Positions 1-14,599 of a stretch of 64,000 nt of DNA are shown in pieces (position 1 is the stretch's first letter; each line of letters opens with the position of its first letter). The stretch is from Trichoplax adhaerens (lineage: Eukaryota; Animalia; Placozoa). The notes beneath the pieces were generated by a model. The model was not told the origin of the DNA, made no database searches, and saw only the letters and a list, made by a program, of their open reading frames with translations. The DNA lies in the NCBI RefSeq assembly GCF_000150275.1, contig NW_002060947.1, forward strand, positions 6,339,648 through 6,403,647. Reading direction: 5' to 3'. Made by a program: the position numbers and the translations under genes.

Positions 1-739
1 ATTATGCAAATAAATAAAAGGATTTGTATACTTTGTATCGGTTAATCTTATAGAGTAAGTAATATATTAGGTTTGTTTTGAATAATTATAAATTCATAAT
101 ACCAAGTTATAATCACTAATATTAAGCTGTACAGAAAGCTTAATTTGTGGCACGATTGCTACGATAATGCGCAAATTCTTTATCACGCAGGGGTCTAAAT
201 TAATTTAATGTATAAGTGTATTCTCCGTATGCAAATGCAGAGAATAGAAATGTCTTAACTGTTTTGAAAAAAAATTTTTAGTTGTATCGTATGATTTTTA
301 AGATTAATAAATACAGAAGTCATTTTCCGCACGTTTTTAGCGTCTTCTTAGGTCTGAGTTGAATTTTGGTGATTTTTTTATCCTATGTTTATTCTAAGAA
401 ATCCTATTCATGGTACAAATCTATTTAATACTGTTGCATTGAATGCTCATAAAAGAACTTACGTGTATAGATGCTCCTCTTCTTGTGGATTAATCGTTTC
501 CATTTTAACTCAATTTCCAACGATTATAAATTAAAATCGCTATATAGAGATGAAATCAATTTGAGTAAACTTAATTATCGGGAAAGAATTGAGTTGATGA
601 TAATTAGAAGTGCTGAGATGAAAGATAAGCATTTAAAAATGAAAAATTTTCCCTTTTTCAGACAAAAACATTGCTTAACATTAGCCTCTAATATTGCATG
701 AAAGTTCAATTTTTTACCTTCAAAATAGGTTTAGTATGC

Positions 740-1000
740 CTTTCTTCTTCAGTAGTGTAAATGTTACTTAGGGTTGTTTCGTTGAGGTATTCACAGGTTA
801 ACTAAAGTAATTTCAAGGTTCCTAAAGGAATTTATCCTTTGAACCTCAGTAAAAGTTTATTTATATTCTTGTCCAAGTAGCCAATCAATGATTTTAAATA
901 AGATATTCCAATAAATAAATCTGGCGACACCCTCCATCATTTATTCAAGGCAATGGTATTATTTTGAGTGATAATATTGTCAGTACCATGCAAGAATGCT
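740..1000 (-). pseudogene. Possible decayed leucine-rich-repeat exon
   Basis: The minus frame reads VSPDLFIGISYLKSLIGYLDKNINKL...IPLGTLKLL*L, resembling the extracellular LRR consensus (p..F.gL..L..L.L..N.i), with in-frame stops. Confidence 0.3.
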
Positions 1001-2314
1001 AATTAGTCACGAAAGTAGCACGAGCTAGTCCAATGTGATCTTTCATGATGTTGAAAGCTATACAGTGAAGGCGATATTATTAAAGTTACGTCAAATTGTT
1101 ATAGATATTGCTAAAATCGCTGGCAGGTGGTCTCTCTAGTTCAATATAGCCAATAAAAGATATGGAATGAATATGAGGTCACGGCGGAATTTATTTATTC
1201 TTGGAAGTTGTTTAGATTTTTAAGCAGCTTAGAATAACAGCAAGCTTACTGACTTAAGACAAGCATGAAATTTTACTATATGCATGAATATGCAATAACT
1301 AGTCACGTTTAGAAATAACTGCAGTATGTTTCAATTTTATGAGTATAGATAGTCCAGCTAAGAAATTTATGACGTATTCTCTCAAAATTAACTGCTAAAA
1401 AATCCATCATGCATCATTTTTTAATCACCTAATCAAGTATTGCACTTAGAACTTGTAAGTAACTAGAAGTAGTCGAGAATATCGTCTGATCTATGCTGAA
1501 GAAATCAGAAAAATTATGTACTAGTAAGTTATTAATCAGGCTGATTTAAGATAGCATATAAATTCTACAAGCCGATTATTTCTTCCTACTCTATATACAT
1601 TTAAATCGCTAGCGATTATGCCTAAATGTTATTATTGATCTCAGAAGAACTTAGCAAGCACTACTGATAATATAGGATAGATTTGGAAGCAGGCAGAATT
1701 CATAAATTGAAAATTTAGAAAGTATCGAAATCCCTTATAATAGTTTATCATATCTTTTTGCGTAATACTTGGCTGTATTTTGATTTGATAATTTTATACA
1801 CGTATAACTTCTTATGGTGTCGTAATAAATTCAAGCAAATGTTATATTCAATTTATCTGTATAAATGCTAAATATTAGTATAAAAAAGTCGTATATTACG
1901 ACTTCTTGACAGTAAACAGTTATGTCTACTTAGTTACTTAATATTGGGTAACAATTTTTTTGTAACTTCACTCTTTATAAAATAGGATTGAATTAAGAAT
2001 TAAAAAGGAAGGATTTTGTCAAAAATAGAACAAGAGTATAACTGTCAATTGTAGTCGTATCTTACTTGTCTAATTATATTCGGCTAAATCTATTATCATC
2101 AGTTAGATTGCTCAATATTGTAGTAACTTCTCCAAAATACTTTGGAATAATCAAAATACAAGTATATTAAGTATAGTCTTTGATATAATCTATTCGTAAT
2201 TATTCATCAGAGGATATTGTATCGCTTCACTTGGACAGTACGGGATTTGAGTTATCTCAGTAATAATTTAATTTTAGTTGAAAGTGATAAAAGGAAAGTT
2301 TTTAATAAACTTTA

Positions 2315-2825
2315 TCGTCGTTGTGACAAATTACGGCTTAGGTCTTACCACATTCTGATATCAGAATAGATTTTAGTTGTTATTAGCTTTTTTACGATTG
2401 ATGATGGGGAGAATTTAATTTTACAGTATTTAGATAATCTAAATAAAAATTAATATGAGATAGATAGTTGTGCGAAAGTCATAACCATGTAAATGCAATT
2501 TTACCATAAATTATTGCATTGAATTTTATAGCCTGAGTATAAAGTATAAAAAAACATTAAGTTGAATTATGGAGTAATTTGAGTATAAAATTTAACAGCT
2601 ATTTTCCTCGTTGTAACAGATTATAGTTTAGATCTTACATCATTCTGATATCAGATTAGATATTACTTATAACCAACTTTGTTTATAGTTGATGCATGAG
2701 CAGAATTTAACTTCGCAGTATTTAGATAATCTGAATAAAATTTAGTATGAGATGAATAGTTTATGATAATCATAAATGCAATTTTACCAAAAACTGCGAT
2801 CATTAAACTTTATAATCTGAGTATT
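2315..2825. repeat. Degenerate direct duplication (about 220 bp, 2 copies)
   Basis: 2315-2540 and 2606-2825 share cattctgatatcaga and cagtatttagataatct.aataaaatt. Confidence 0.8.
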
Positions 2826-5800
2826 CTGCGAAAGAATAATGTTGCAAGAATGCATTAAGAAGCCAGCTACTAAAAAATTAATTTGATATGAACGGTATTG
2901 CTTTACAGCATTTTTATTTTTAAAGCTTAGAAGAATTTTAAAATAAATATCTTAAAAATTCAAACGAGAATAGATATTTGCATTTATCGTTTATATAAAT
3001 TACATGATCTATACTACGGTATTCGATACTTAATTAACCTTACGAGATTCGTATGCAAATTTAATCAATAACTTTGGTGGAATACAAATCTGCCTCTGCT
3101 AAGCTTAGGCTTACAATAAATCGAGAATACAAGATAGATTGAAACGCTATAAAATAACTATAGGATATTGTTACCAATAGAGCACTAGCTGCGTATTGGC
3201 ACTATATTGACGATCACTAAGGTGTTCATTATTAAACAATTTCAATCAATTTGAATGCTTGATCATATTTATTATTATTGTAAGAAATTCCTTTTTAATT
3301 GGATCCTAGGATTAAACATTTATAAATCAAAAATGAAGACAATAAATTCATTGGAGGCATTCCAGCAATGATGTTTATTTATTTCCATCACATCAGTTTT
3401 CGGAATGATTAATACAATAGAGTCTTATGAAGGCAACTACTAAATAGATCGACATGCAATCTCTTTATAACTCCATACTTCAGTATTAATATATACGAGG
3501 ATTTTATATTTATGTGATACATGAATCTAGTACATATTCGACAAAAGTCTTGCATATCGTATAAATATAGCCAGTTTATAAGCAGATAAGAAAAACAGAA
3601 CAACACAAGTTATACATTCAAATATATCAATATACCAGTGATTATTATACAGAAGTGCTAAATACTTATATAGCGAGATATAAAAGTAATGCATAGTTAA
3701 TAACATATTTATAAAATTTAGGCGGCAATATGCTATTGTTTTCAATTGGTAGTTAGCCAAATGGATATGATGATGATGATACGGTATAAGGAATTAAAAA
3801 TTTTATTGTATACTGCTATACGCTGTGCTTAACCATCTAATTTAAATCCATACATAGTAAACACATTCATAAGTCTAACTTCGATTTTAATCCAATAAAT
3901 TAAGGTCATAATGTACGATTTTATGATTTTATGTTTTTAAGCATGGGTAGACAATATTTTGCTGAATTTCTCAAGATTATTATTATAAGGACTAAAAATT
4001 ATTTTACTGTACACTGATATCAGTTATCAGCTGTAATATTATTGAAAACTAATATCTCACTCCCCTTTATCGTATGAGGGTGCAATTTTTATCGCATTTA
4101 CATTTGTTAATGAGGAAAGTAAGTTAGCTTTGTAAGGTATGTATTCATTATGCTAGCAATATACAATTCTTTTTCTTTGATCATATTGTTGTCAATATCT
4201 TCAATATTCCTAGTTCCATGTATGTATATTTGAGCCATATCCTCTAAATGTCAGAAAAATACTAACTTGAAAAGCATGGTAATCCTATTTAGTCATTACT
4301 GATTGGATTATCACATGTTGCATCGTTTAATGCCTACTAATTTCAGTACTGATATACAATATTAGTAGAATTAGCAAGTAGTAAGGTCCGATTAGCTTCA
4401 TTACTTTAAGGTTCTTGTCAAATTGGTAGATAGCGATTTTACTTAATCAAATATTTTCGGCACTATATCTATTACCTAGGCTAAAAATCATGATTGATGT
4501 TAGATACTGTAATATGCATAGTACATCTTCTGCCGGATTCTATAGCAGTCTAACTGATCATTCATTCAGGAGGTTTTGTTTACCAATATTTTTAGGATGT
4601 AAATAAATGCTATATATTAGCGAAATATCATGATAAGAGACTCTAAAAGGCTGCAATTTTGAATCATTGACCTAAATATTGACATTAGCTATATCTACTT
4701 TCTTGAAGTGCGTTCCATAACTGCTTCCCAGAAATTAGTATGATAGTACTCAACGTATATTCCAAATGGTAGATCATGACATCTTGTCGTATAAGTAAAA
4801 ATAGCAATTATGAAAACATTCCCGCGTACAATACGCTGTAATGATACAATTATTTTTCTCATTTTTTCTTCAATAACACTGCAAAACATTCCCTTTGCTT
4901 AAAAACACTTGCCATTAAATAATAGCTAACAAATAATTTCCTTTTTAATTGTAGAGTAAAATTTCGAATACGTATAGGCTATGAATATAGGGTGATTTAA
5001 TTTTTTCCAATGGCGAAATAAAATTAGCAGTATAGTTGTTAAACATGATTATATTCCGATTACTGTAGTTATGAGCAATCTTCATTAGTTGTAATGTAGT
5101 CGTTAGTCATGACAATAAGCTTCTAATGTTGATATACTTGTTTTTCAGAATCAAAATTCTGAAATATATTATAAATGAAAGCTTAATAGTTCTCTATCTG
5201 CTCTATTGATAATTTAACAGCAGTTATAATAGTATACAGTAGATCAATAGACTGGAATCAAAAATAAAACAAAATGCAATAAAAACAACAAATTTTTTAA
5301 CCAGTTTTCAAAAGGATTCAATTTGGACTGATGGGTTATAATTAATAATAATAGAATATAATATACTAAAGTCATTTTTAATCATTTACCTTAGCTGTTT
5401 ATTTCATACTAAGAACAAAGCAAGTTTATCAGTTGCTTAGTTATATTAGTGTGTAAGTAAATGCTGAATATAACCAAAATATGCCAAATTTATGAAATTT
5501 ATACGTAGTTTTTTTTATAGAAGTAACAATGTCTACTTGAAGTAAACAGGCATCTACTAAAATATAAAACGATGCATCCATAAGTTATTATTTTGTATAT
5601 GTCAATGGTGAAATAAATAATAAACATTATTAAATTACGTAATACATGCAAATTTGAAAGCAACCGAATATGGTATGTATGTAGATACATCATGGTCCTA
5701 ATGCAAAAAATATTTTTCGTATTTCAGTCAATTGCATCCGAGCAGATGTTGCTTCTACGAGTATACACGAAACTTTTGTCTTGCTTCTTACTAAATATTT

Positions 5801-8519
5801 TCTAAATATGAAGAGTTATTAAAAGCTATAGTTTACTCTTTGATGTAAATAAATATAGCTCGATATTGAAGCTATCACCAAAAAATAGTAATGAATTTAT
5901 GCATGAAACGTAGGATATTAATGTATTGCCGGAAAATTATAGGAGTTATTTTTGATGTTATAGCAAATAAAGCAGTCTGGTCTGCTTAATTGAGGACTTT
6001 CCAAGTTATCGTTAACTATTTGATACAGGAAGCTCCTTCTAGTATATAGGAAAATACTGTATATTCGGGTGTCAGATGGATAAATGCATACTCGTAAATA
6101 TTTATGCGTTTAGTTTCAAAAATATTGGAGTGAGAAATACAGAAATTTGAAGGAGTGATGAAAATTTTACCCTTGACAAAGATTTATTGCTAGAATAGGT
6201 TAAAGAGTCATATAATAATGTTATTAGTATCTCAACCGTAGGTGAATTTCGTAATTGTTTCATGATATACTAGACAGACAGTAAATTAATTTATTTACCA
6301 TATAGACATAATGATAAATTTATTTCTCAATGGGGAGTATTTATCAGAAAATGCTATGCTGGATATGTGGTTGATTAAAAATAAATAATAGCTTCCATTT
6401 CAGCTTATAGTGCAGAAAGTAATGATCCCCAAATCTTAATTACAGGCATATTTCTTGATCGTAAATGATCTAGATACGTTAGTTTTATCAATTCATCTGA
6501 AACCATCAAATGGAATATCTTTTTCGACTTGCTTCAGCGGATATTGCTGTTGGTATAGATCAGCATTCGACACTTTTACAAGCATTTTGTAGCAGTAGCT
6601 ATAACCTTAACTGTATAGTATCTATTATAATTAATTATAGAAGTCACATAATGATAACAAACCTTGGAAATGCATCATTCCTAGCCAATTATGGCTAGGC
6701 TCAAGTTATAAAATAATCGTCTACTTGTAGTACTTTGTATATATAAGATGGGCGTAGCTTGCCTGGCCTTTGCAAGCTCAGCAGGTGTAAAAAATTGCAG
6801 ACAATACAGTCTTTGCCTAGAGCAGGAATTATCGAAGAGAGGTAAAGACAGACTTAAAAAAGTGCAATAGTATTTAGATGGCAGTAAATTATTTTTTTCT
6901 TTATTATATGAGGCTTGTATTATGATACTGAACCTAATTAATAAAATCAAAGATATGTGCTATGCTATAGATTTTTCATTGCATATTTTTCAGGCTATCA
7001 AGTCAGAATTAATCCTGTTTTATTATAAACTAAGTTGCAGGCGATCTCGTTTACTTCCCTTATTTTGTATTCAAGATAGCGCTTTTTTATATAATTTTAA
7101 AATGCCACCTTATCTGAAATTTTCTCGCAATTCGTGACTGAGATGATTTAATATCGTTAAATTGAAAAAGATGTAATGCTAGGGTAAGGAGAAGGCGGAG
7201 TTTGTATCATAATTATGCATTGCTTGATCTCCTTAAACGCATTATAAATATGCCATACATAAGAATAATGTATTCTATGCTCTTATATATATTATAAATG
7301 TTGTGATGCGTCTTCGTTTACGTTTGATCTTCACCCAATATAGGCATCCTGCTTGTATTGCATTCTATGCCTACCCTAATTGTCTAGTGGTGCAGCCGTT
7401 GGCTGACTATAATAATATGTAATATAATCAAATTGCATATCATATTTGCCACTATTTTATGGTAATATTAGATATGATGTGTTCTGTAGGCTTATTATTT
7501 ATTTATACACGTACGAAAGATATGGCCTACGTACTACCATTGGCAGGCTGGGTATATTCCGATAGCCTTACGAGCATGTCATGCGTATTTACGAAGTCAA
7601 TAATATAATTTAGCTTTTGAATGTTAATTTTATGCGGCTATTAATATTAAATATGAATAATATACATAGCACATCTATAGTGAGAATATTTTTTTTATAT
7701 AATACTTTAGGACTAACTAAATTAAATCCACTATATAAACTCGCACATATCCTAGGTAAATGCTAAATCAATTATTACAGCGTCTAGATGCAGACTTACT
7801 GTATTGTGTCGACAATGGATTGGTACTTTGCAGATAGTGATTTAATTGCATATACAGTCTTAGTTAGCAGTGAATTTATTTTATCCTTTTCCTTATTTTT
7901 AAGAGTAGAACTGCATGTATTTCGTTTACTGTAGCTACTGAATACTAAATACAGAGAGCATAGACAAGTATAGACTCGTAAACTAGAGTATTAGAGATCT
8001 CGCTTAGGACGATTTCGTATATTGTAGGTATTCAGTTCATTGAAATTAATATTGTTGCTCTACCTACGGCTTCCAGTTAGGATTTTTTTGCAATGCGGTA
8101 TGATCTAGCAGTTAGTTTTCCTAGATTACGTTTATTGTGTGTGATCGTGTCTTCAAAAGTATTCTGTTTAGAACTTGATTTCTTGCTGACTTTGCTTTTT
8201 ACAAAATGGGATAAAGTATCTTAAGTTGTTACTTACAGACCTTCCAATATTTTATATGACAATCGAACGTTCAACTTCATCTACTTTTCCATAATCTTGC
8301 AATTTTAATATCTAAAAGTTCGAATATATTCAGTGCCGCAAATGACTACGGTAAGATCTGTCAATATCATGACAGAATAGATACCAGCACAATCTTACCA
8401 TCCAATTTCATCTACGAGTATTTTCGTCCAATCATATAATTTTGATTTGAAGTTAATTTGGGCCCGCATTCCATGTCAGTAGGAAAATGTACTCTTAAAC
8501 CGTAGTAATCATGGACACC

Positions 8520-9090
8520 TACCCCCAACACGACGTCACCGTATAATTCGAGCTAAATTCTTCTATCTTACTGCATAGAATGAGATATTGCCACCGTAAG
8601 TGCTATAGAAATTGTAATTGTGCAGTGGATAGGCTGTCATTCAAATTAAGGCGATCTCTACGGGTGTAATTTTGAAGCAAAAAAACTGATGTGGATGGGC
8701 ACCAGCATATCAATGGACTTTCTCCATCTATGCTGCATACATCGCGAGGAAAACGAGCCCAGAAGTTGTTTTAAATTAACAACAACTACTCCCCATACCA
8801 CTTCACCTTACTATTCTAGCTAAAATCTTCCTTATTAATACACACTATGAGAAATATCGTCCATAAATGCTATCGAAATTGGAATTGTACTATGGGTATT
8901 TGAATTAAGACGAAGTTGATGGCTGCAATTTCTGCAGATAGCCTGATATGGCGGACACCTGTACATCAGTTAACTTTCTCCATTTATGTTGCATACATTA
9001 GCAGGAAAGTATGCTCAGAAATCGTTCTAATTATGGGGCAGCTACTCCCTAAACAACTTCACTTTAGTATGCTACCTAAATTCTTCTAGC
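8520..9090. repeat. Degenerate tandem duplication (about 260-270 bp unit, at least 2 copies)
   Basis: agctaaa.tctt..., actttctccat.tatg.tgcatacat and ctactccc..a.acttcac recur at about 8551, 8818 and 9074. Confidence 0.8.
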
Positions 9091-9609
9091 TTAAGCAGTT
9101 AAATCCAATCATTTTGGACGCTTTCATCATCACTTAGACATATTGCTGAATATAAAAATGTCTGCTCATAATGCAGGATTTATCTCATAGAAATCGAGCT
9201 AGGTGTATCAAACATATAAAATTGATAAGGGATTTGACTGGATTAGTTAGCTCAATCGTTCAGGCAAGATAGGCAGGCTTGCTCGGCCGTCTTGGCACAG
9301 TGCATAGAGGTACAGACGTGCGGACGGCAATGGCTTTTCCAATAGTGTTCTATGATGCCTTCGGAGCGAATAAAGTAGCAAATTGTGCCTAGAGATGTTG
9401 GCAGTAGCTCGATATTGATGCTATTTTCCTCTAATGTGAATAAGACTAGCTAGTTATGGCTTCTACTACCTTATAGACGTACAAAGCAAAGAGTGCAAGC
9501 TAAGATGAGAACTTGATCACGATTTCCAATTGCATTTACTTGCTACAAATCGATTGATTGGAATTATTACTCTTACCTAGTTCTAATTTGTACAGATTGG
9601 AAGTTGTGG

Positions 9610-12214
9610 ATGCTAGCTATGGGGCGATTAGGTCACTTTCTATCCATAAAATACTCCATCTCTGCTATAGGCAAACAAATCATCATGCCTTATCCATCAT
9701 TACGGGCTGTTGGCATCATGCCGCGATATATCGATAATAACGCATCGGCTTGGATGGTAAATCGTCGTAGTCATTATTCTAATTCAAGGCGATATGATGG
9801 CAATCGACAGATATTACGTTCTAATTGCGATCGGTATCAAAAGATTCCATCGAATCCTCTCTTTAGCATGGAACAGTACAACAAGCCGAAGAGTAGAACT
9901 TTCACTACGAAAATAGTGCAACATTTCCCGAATAATTTTCAACCCTATCTGCGATTAATCCGTTTCGATCGTCCAATTGGTACTTACCTATTATATTTGC
10001 CTTGCACTTGGAGCATCTCGATGGCCGCTACACCAGGCCACTTGCCTGATTTGAAAACGTTGGCTGTATTTGGAATAGGAGCATTAGTCATGAGAGGTGC
10101 AGGGTGTACTATTAATGATATGTGGGATTCCGATTTCGATAAAAAGGTAAACGATTCTGCGATACTACATGTTAGGGTGTTTATCTTATTTGAATCATAG
10201 ATTACTTTATACGTAGATATCGTTAATTATATGGTCTATACAGTATTCCACATAACAGTACAGTAAATGCTTGAGCAGATTTATCTTCTTGCAATTTGGA
10301 TGCCAACTGCTGTAAAGTTATTCATGGAGAAGATGGCATATGATAGCTTGGCAAGCAGTAGAGTGTCATTTGTCTATGCAGTGTTCCACATAACGATACA
10401 GTAGAATGGGTAGATGTTTGAATGGATTTATCTTGTTGTAATTTGGATGCCAACTGACGTAAAGTCATTCAAGGAAAAGATAGCTTATGATAGCATGGTA
10501 ACCAGTAAAGTGTCATTTGTCAATGCAGCGTTCCATATAACGATACAGCAGATGCTTGAACAAATATATCTTGTAATTTGGATGCTAACTGCTGTCAATA
10601 AAGAAATGGCTTACGGTAGCCTAGCAATCAGTAAAGTATCATTTGTCTATGCATTATTCCACATAGCGATACAGTAGATGCTGAAATAGATTTTATCTTG
10701 TTGTAACAATTTGGATGCCTACTGCCGTAAAATTATTTAATGAGAAGATGGCTTATGGTAACCTGGCAATCAGTACAGTATCATTGCACGTACTTTTAAC
10801 GATATCCTTTTCTACTGGCTGTGTTAAGGTGCTAGCTAGGCTGCCATAGAGTATCTACAGGACATAGCTTACATTGAATTAATGAAGAGGATATACTGTA
10901 GTATTACAAATAATAGCTATTTACATAAATGGATTGAGTTAGTAGAATGATGTATCTTATAAATGATGGCTGCATTACATAATTTACATTTAAGTAGTAT
11001 GATGCACCTGACAAATAATCGCTACATGGTACTACTTGTTGTTATTTTGTGCTAGGTTTTCCGAACCCGTGATCGTCCAATTGCTTCTGGCACTATTGCA
11101 CATAAACAAGCATTGGGATTTTTAGCCGCACAATTGACTGTGGGTCTAAGTATATTACTATCTCTTAATCAATACAGTATCATCTTAGGAGCATGTTCCG
11201 TCCCGTTTGTAATTGTCTACCCGTTAATGAAACGTTTCACTTTTTGGCCGCAACTCTTTCTTGGTAATATAGCTAATAGCGATAGAATTTGATTGAATTG
11301 ATTTACAGTCAGACTAGATTTTTACTGGCAATAATTAATTAACACGGTATTATACAGTCTACTGGTATTTCCTGTGAAGAACGCTAATTTTTATAAATGC
11401 ATACTGTAGGGATCACTTTCAATTGGGGTGCTTTGCTAGGTTATGCTGCGGTCAATGGGTATTGCGATTGGAATGTTGTTATTCCATTATATGCAGCTAG
11501 TATCTCTTGGACGTTATTTTACGATACAATTTATGCCCATCAGGTTATTTTAGATTGCTATAATGATATAACACTAATGTCCAATTAACCTATAATTCAT
11601 TTACACTATTTCCCCTTGACGAGTATATTTAATACTTTAATGAAATCATGAACTAAAATTATTGAATCAGTACATAGAATTTAATCCTAAGACTAATTTT
11701 TTATCTTTTTAAAATGGAAAGGATAAAGATGACGATCGTTTCATTAACGTCAAATCCACCGCTCTTCTGTTTGGTGATAATACCAAACATTGGTTATCAC
11801 TTTTCGCCGGTATCACTACGACTGGCTTAGTATTGTCTGGTCTATCAGCTCATCAAACTTGGCCTTATTTTGCTGCTGTTGGAGGTGGATTTGCTCACTT
11901 ACTATACCAGGTTCAATTATATCAGTGACTACAATTTTATACGTTTAATATCTTGCTACCGTACTAGGAAATATGATAACAGTGATATTTACCTTTGTCT
12001 ACCGTTTATCTAAAAACTTGATAAAGTCTTGATAGTCATTTTGGCTAACCCTTTAATTGATTTTTAGATCTACAGTGTGAACATATCTAATACCGATAGT
12101 TGTCTGAAAGTATTCAAATCCAATATGTGGTATGGCTTAATCATATTTACTGGTATTATTGGAGGTAAATTACTACTAAGGGAAGGCAAAGAAGAACAGC
12201 AAAGTAGTCAATGA
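9610..12214 (+). CDS. COQ2: 4-hydroxybenzoate polyprenyltransferase (UbiA family), mitochondrial; exons 9610-10146, 11056-11263, 11410-11543, 11722-11910, 12068-12214
   Basis: Spliced translation has [30 protein letters not shown]|[32 protein letters not shown]|DKDDD and KSTALLFG (the UbiA Asp-rich motifs). All introns are GT-AG and keep frame. The N-terminus is basic and Ser/Arg-rich, like a transit peptide; the start could also be 9685. Confidence 0.96.
10242..10786. repeat. Intronic tandem repeat (about 125-148 bp unit, about 4 copies) in COQ2 intron 1
   Basis: ttccaca/tata.c.atacag, aatttggatgc..actg and atggc.ta.g.tagc recur at about 10242, 10381, 10529 and 10654. Confidence 0.9.
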
Positions 12215-14599
12215 AATAATAAGTCTTAAAATTCCATGTTACGCATGCACAACCACTTTAAAGCTTGCGCTCTCATGCATGGATTTAAGAAATTTAATAT
12301 GAATATTTCTATAAAGATACCTTTAAGTGATAAATTAATAATAATCAACTATTTATTGTAATTTGCGATGTACTTGCATTGTTTTGAGAAACTGATGATG
12401 AAATCTCATGTAGACTAAACTAGAAAATAGCTATCTAAATAAAATTGCAGGCAGCTACACCTTTGCAGCCTCAGATGATTAGAGAGTATCACTCTGTAAG
12501 AAACTTTTTAAAGATTGTCCTTAGTATCAGCGTTGATGGTAATGAAAGTTCCTTTGTGGCTATATTGTACGCTACCACAATGCTAATTTCATAGTATTAT
12601 AACTAATAGCTTTTTGTTAGATTTTTAGTTCTGAAGCTGCATAGTCAAATTTAATTTCTACTCTTCATTCTGAAAACGTTTTAAATTTTAGAAAGGATAG
12701 TAGCAAAATATATACATTATGCTTTAATAATATGCGAATACTGTTTATAGATCACTGTGACAACTGCATATTTGTGCAACGTCTGTAAAATTTAAATAAC
12801 ATTTTATACTGCTATTTTTCGGTCTATAATTGCCATTATACCAAAGTAAAGAGTAATTTGTAATAGAAGAATTGCTGGACTATCAAATTACTGTCATAGA
12901 TGATAATAATACGTATCTTTGTTTAGCGTTATACTTTATGCTCGTAGTAGGTACTTGCAGTATACGATTGTCACAAAACAGCTTTGCAACAAGATAACGT
13001 AATCTACGATCAATAAGTCAATTCCTTGAACTACGTATCAAGGAACGATATCTGCACTATCACGAGCACTTTTCCTCTACTAGCAGACTACACAAAGACT
13101 TAAACGCCTCGTATTTTACGTTAAACACTAAGTTGGACAATTCTTCTTTATTTCACGATATACTGCATTTATATACTATTCCTCAATAGTTCATGAGTCA
13201 TAGTTAATACAATTAACATTAGAATCATTTACTGAATTAGATATTAATTTTAGCTACTGCTCTCTTAATGCAGACAACAGTATTTACGAACATAGACATG
13301 TAATAACTAATACAGAATAGTCAGATTACGATATGTCCTATCACGGAACATTTCCATGATAATTTACAGTCTATCATAAGTAAATTACAATCACAATGAT
13401 TCGAACTGTAAGCAGATGATTTGCATTCCCTATTATAACTATTATAATTTCAGTATGTGTATAAGTGTCACTGTCATAAAAAGTCAGTGCTATATTAAAA
13501 TACAGTATATCCAAATTAGAAGTTAACTAAATAAGGATAGTCTAACAGAATTATCCTAACAAAGTTATTTCTACTGTAATACAGTATTTAACACTGTAAC
13601 AACGATACCTTACGATCGTTACTTGTAGTTGCTAGTAGCACTGCAAAAAAAATCGGTCTTCTGATTGTAAAGTTGTTACCAAATGATAATATATTGCTAA
13701 AACTGATCCTTTTTAACCCTAACCTGTCCAAATTCTACCGATATGTAGTGCAAATTAATGGTATTGCCGATTAAAGTTTGCGCATTAAACAGTAATATAT
13801 TTACTGAGAACCAATTCCAGGTACTCTAGGATGACCTTAACTGCTGGATAGCAATTTTTCATAAATTTATATAGATAGATGTAATGATTGAATTGTAGTT
13901 TTATTGACTCATTATTCCTGATAATCTGCTACTACGTATATAAACGTTATTGATATTCATTTGTAAGCAAATAAAATTTAATTTTTTATATCTACGGTAG
14001 TTACAAACATTATTTATTAAAGCTTTAAATATGCTCCAATGATTACTAATATCGAGTAAACTGGAAATGCAATCTAATAGCCTTATTATGAACAATATAA
14101 AATACGTTTCATCGAATTGAAGTTGAGTTTAAGATGTGCACAGATATTATCAGTTAATTCATTAATAGAACGGAGACTTAAGAGATCTATCGCCCTAATA
14201 ATGTAGTAAACCAACTGAATTCAGATGTAAAGCAAAATTTATCATCATGAAAAGTGCATATCGAGTAAAAATATATAACAATTAATAATTTTAATTATTT
14301 TTACCATACTGAAACAGAATAGGATGTAAAAGTTCATAGAGATGCCAATCAACAAACAAGATATTGACAATTACATTAATCTACTTGAAATGAATAATTC
14401 TATCTGCAGATAGAATTGATAGCATGCAAAAAAATAAAATTGCAAGGATTCAATTATATCTTAATTGAAAAATGTCATATTCATTAGCAGAATATTTTAA
14501 CAGCTTCAAAGTAAACAAATAATAATTGAAGAAGAATGACTATTTCTGCCTATGGACAGCATTAAAATGAACTAAAAATTATAATGGAAAATTTGAACA

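Noticed and set aside
5690-7600. Coding-like composition in the intergenic region
   Set aside because: Multiple stops in every frame and no recognisable domain; I cannot support a call by eye.
9241-9320. tRNA-like start (TAGCTCAATCG, A-box-like)
   Set aside because: No T-arm or B-box (GTTCRA) and no acceptor-stem pairing at tRNA distance.
10414-10677. 87-aa ORF with an internal repeat inside COQ2
   Set aside because: It is a by-product of the intronic tandem repeat; the flanking units have stops in this frame.
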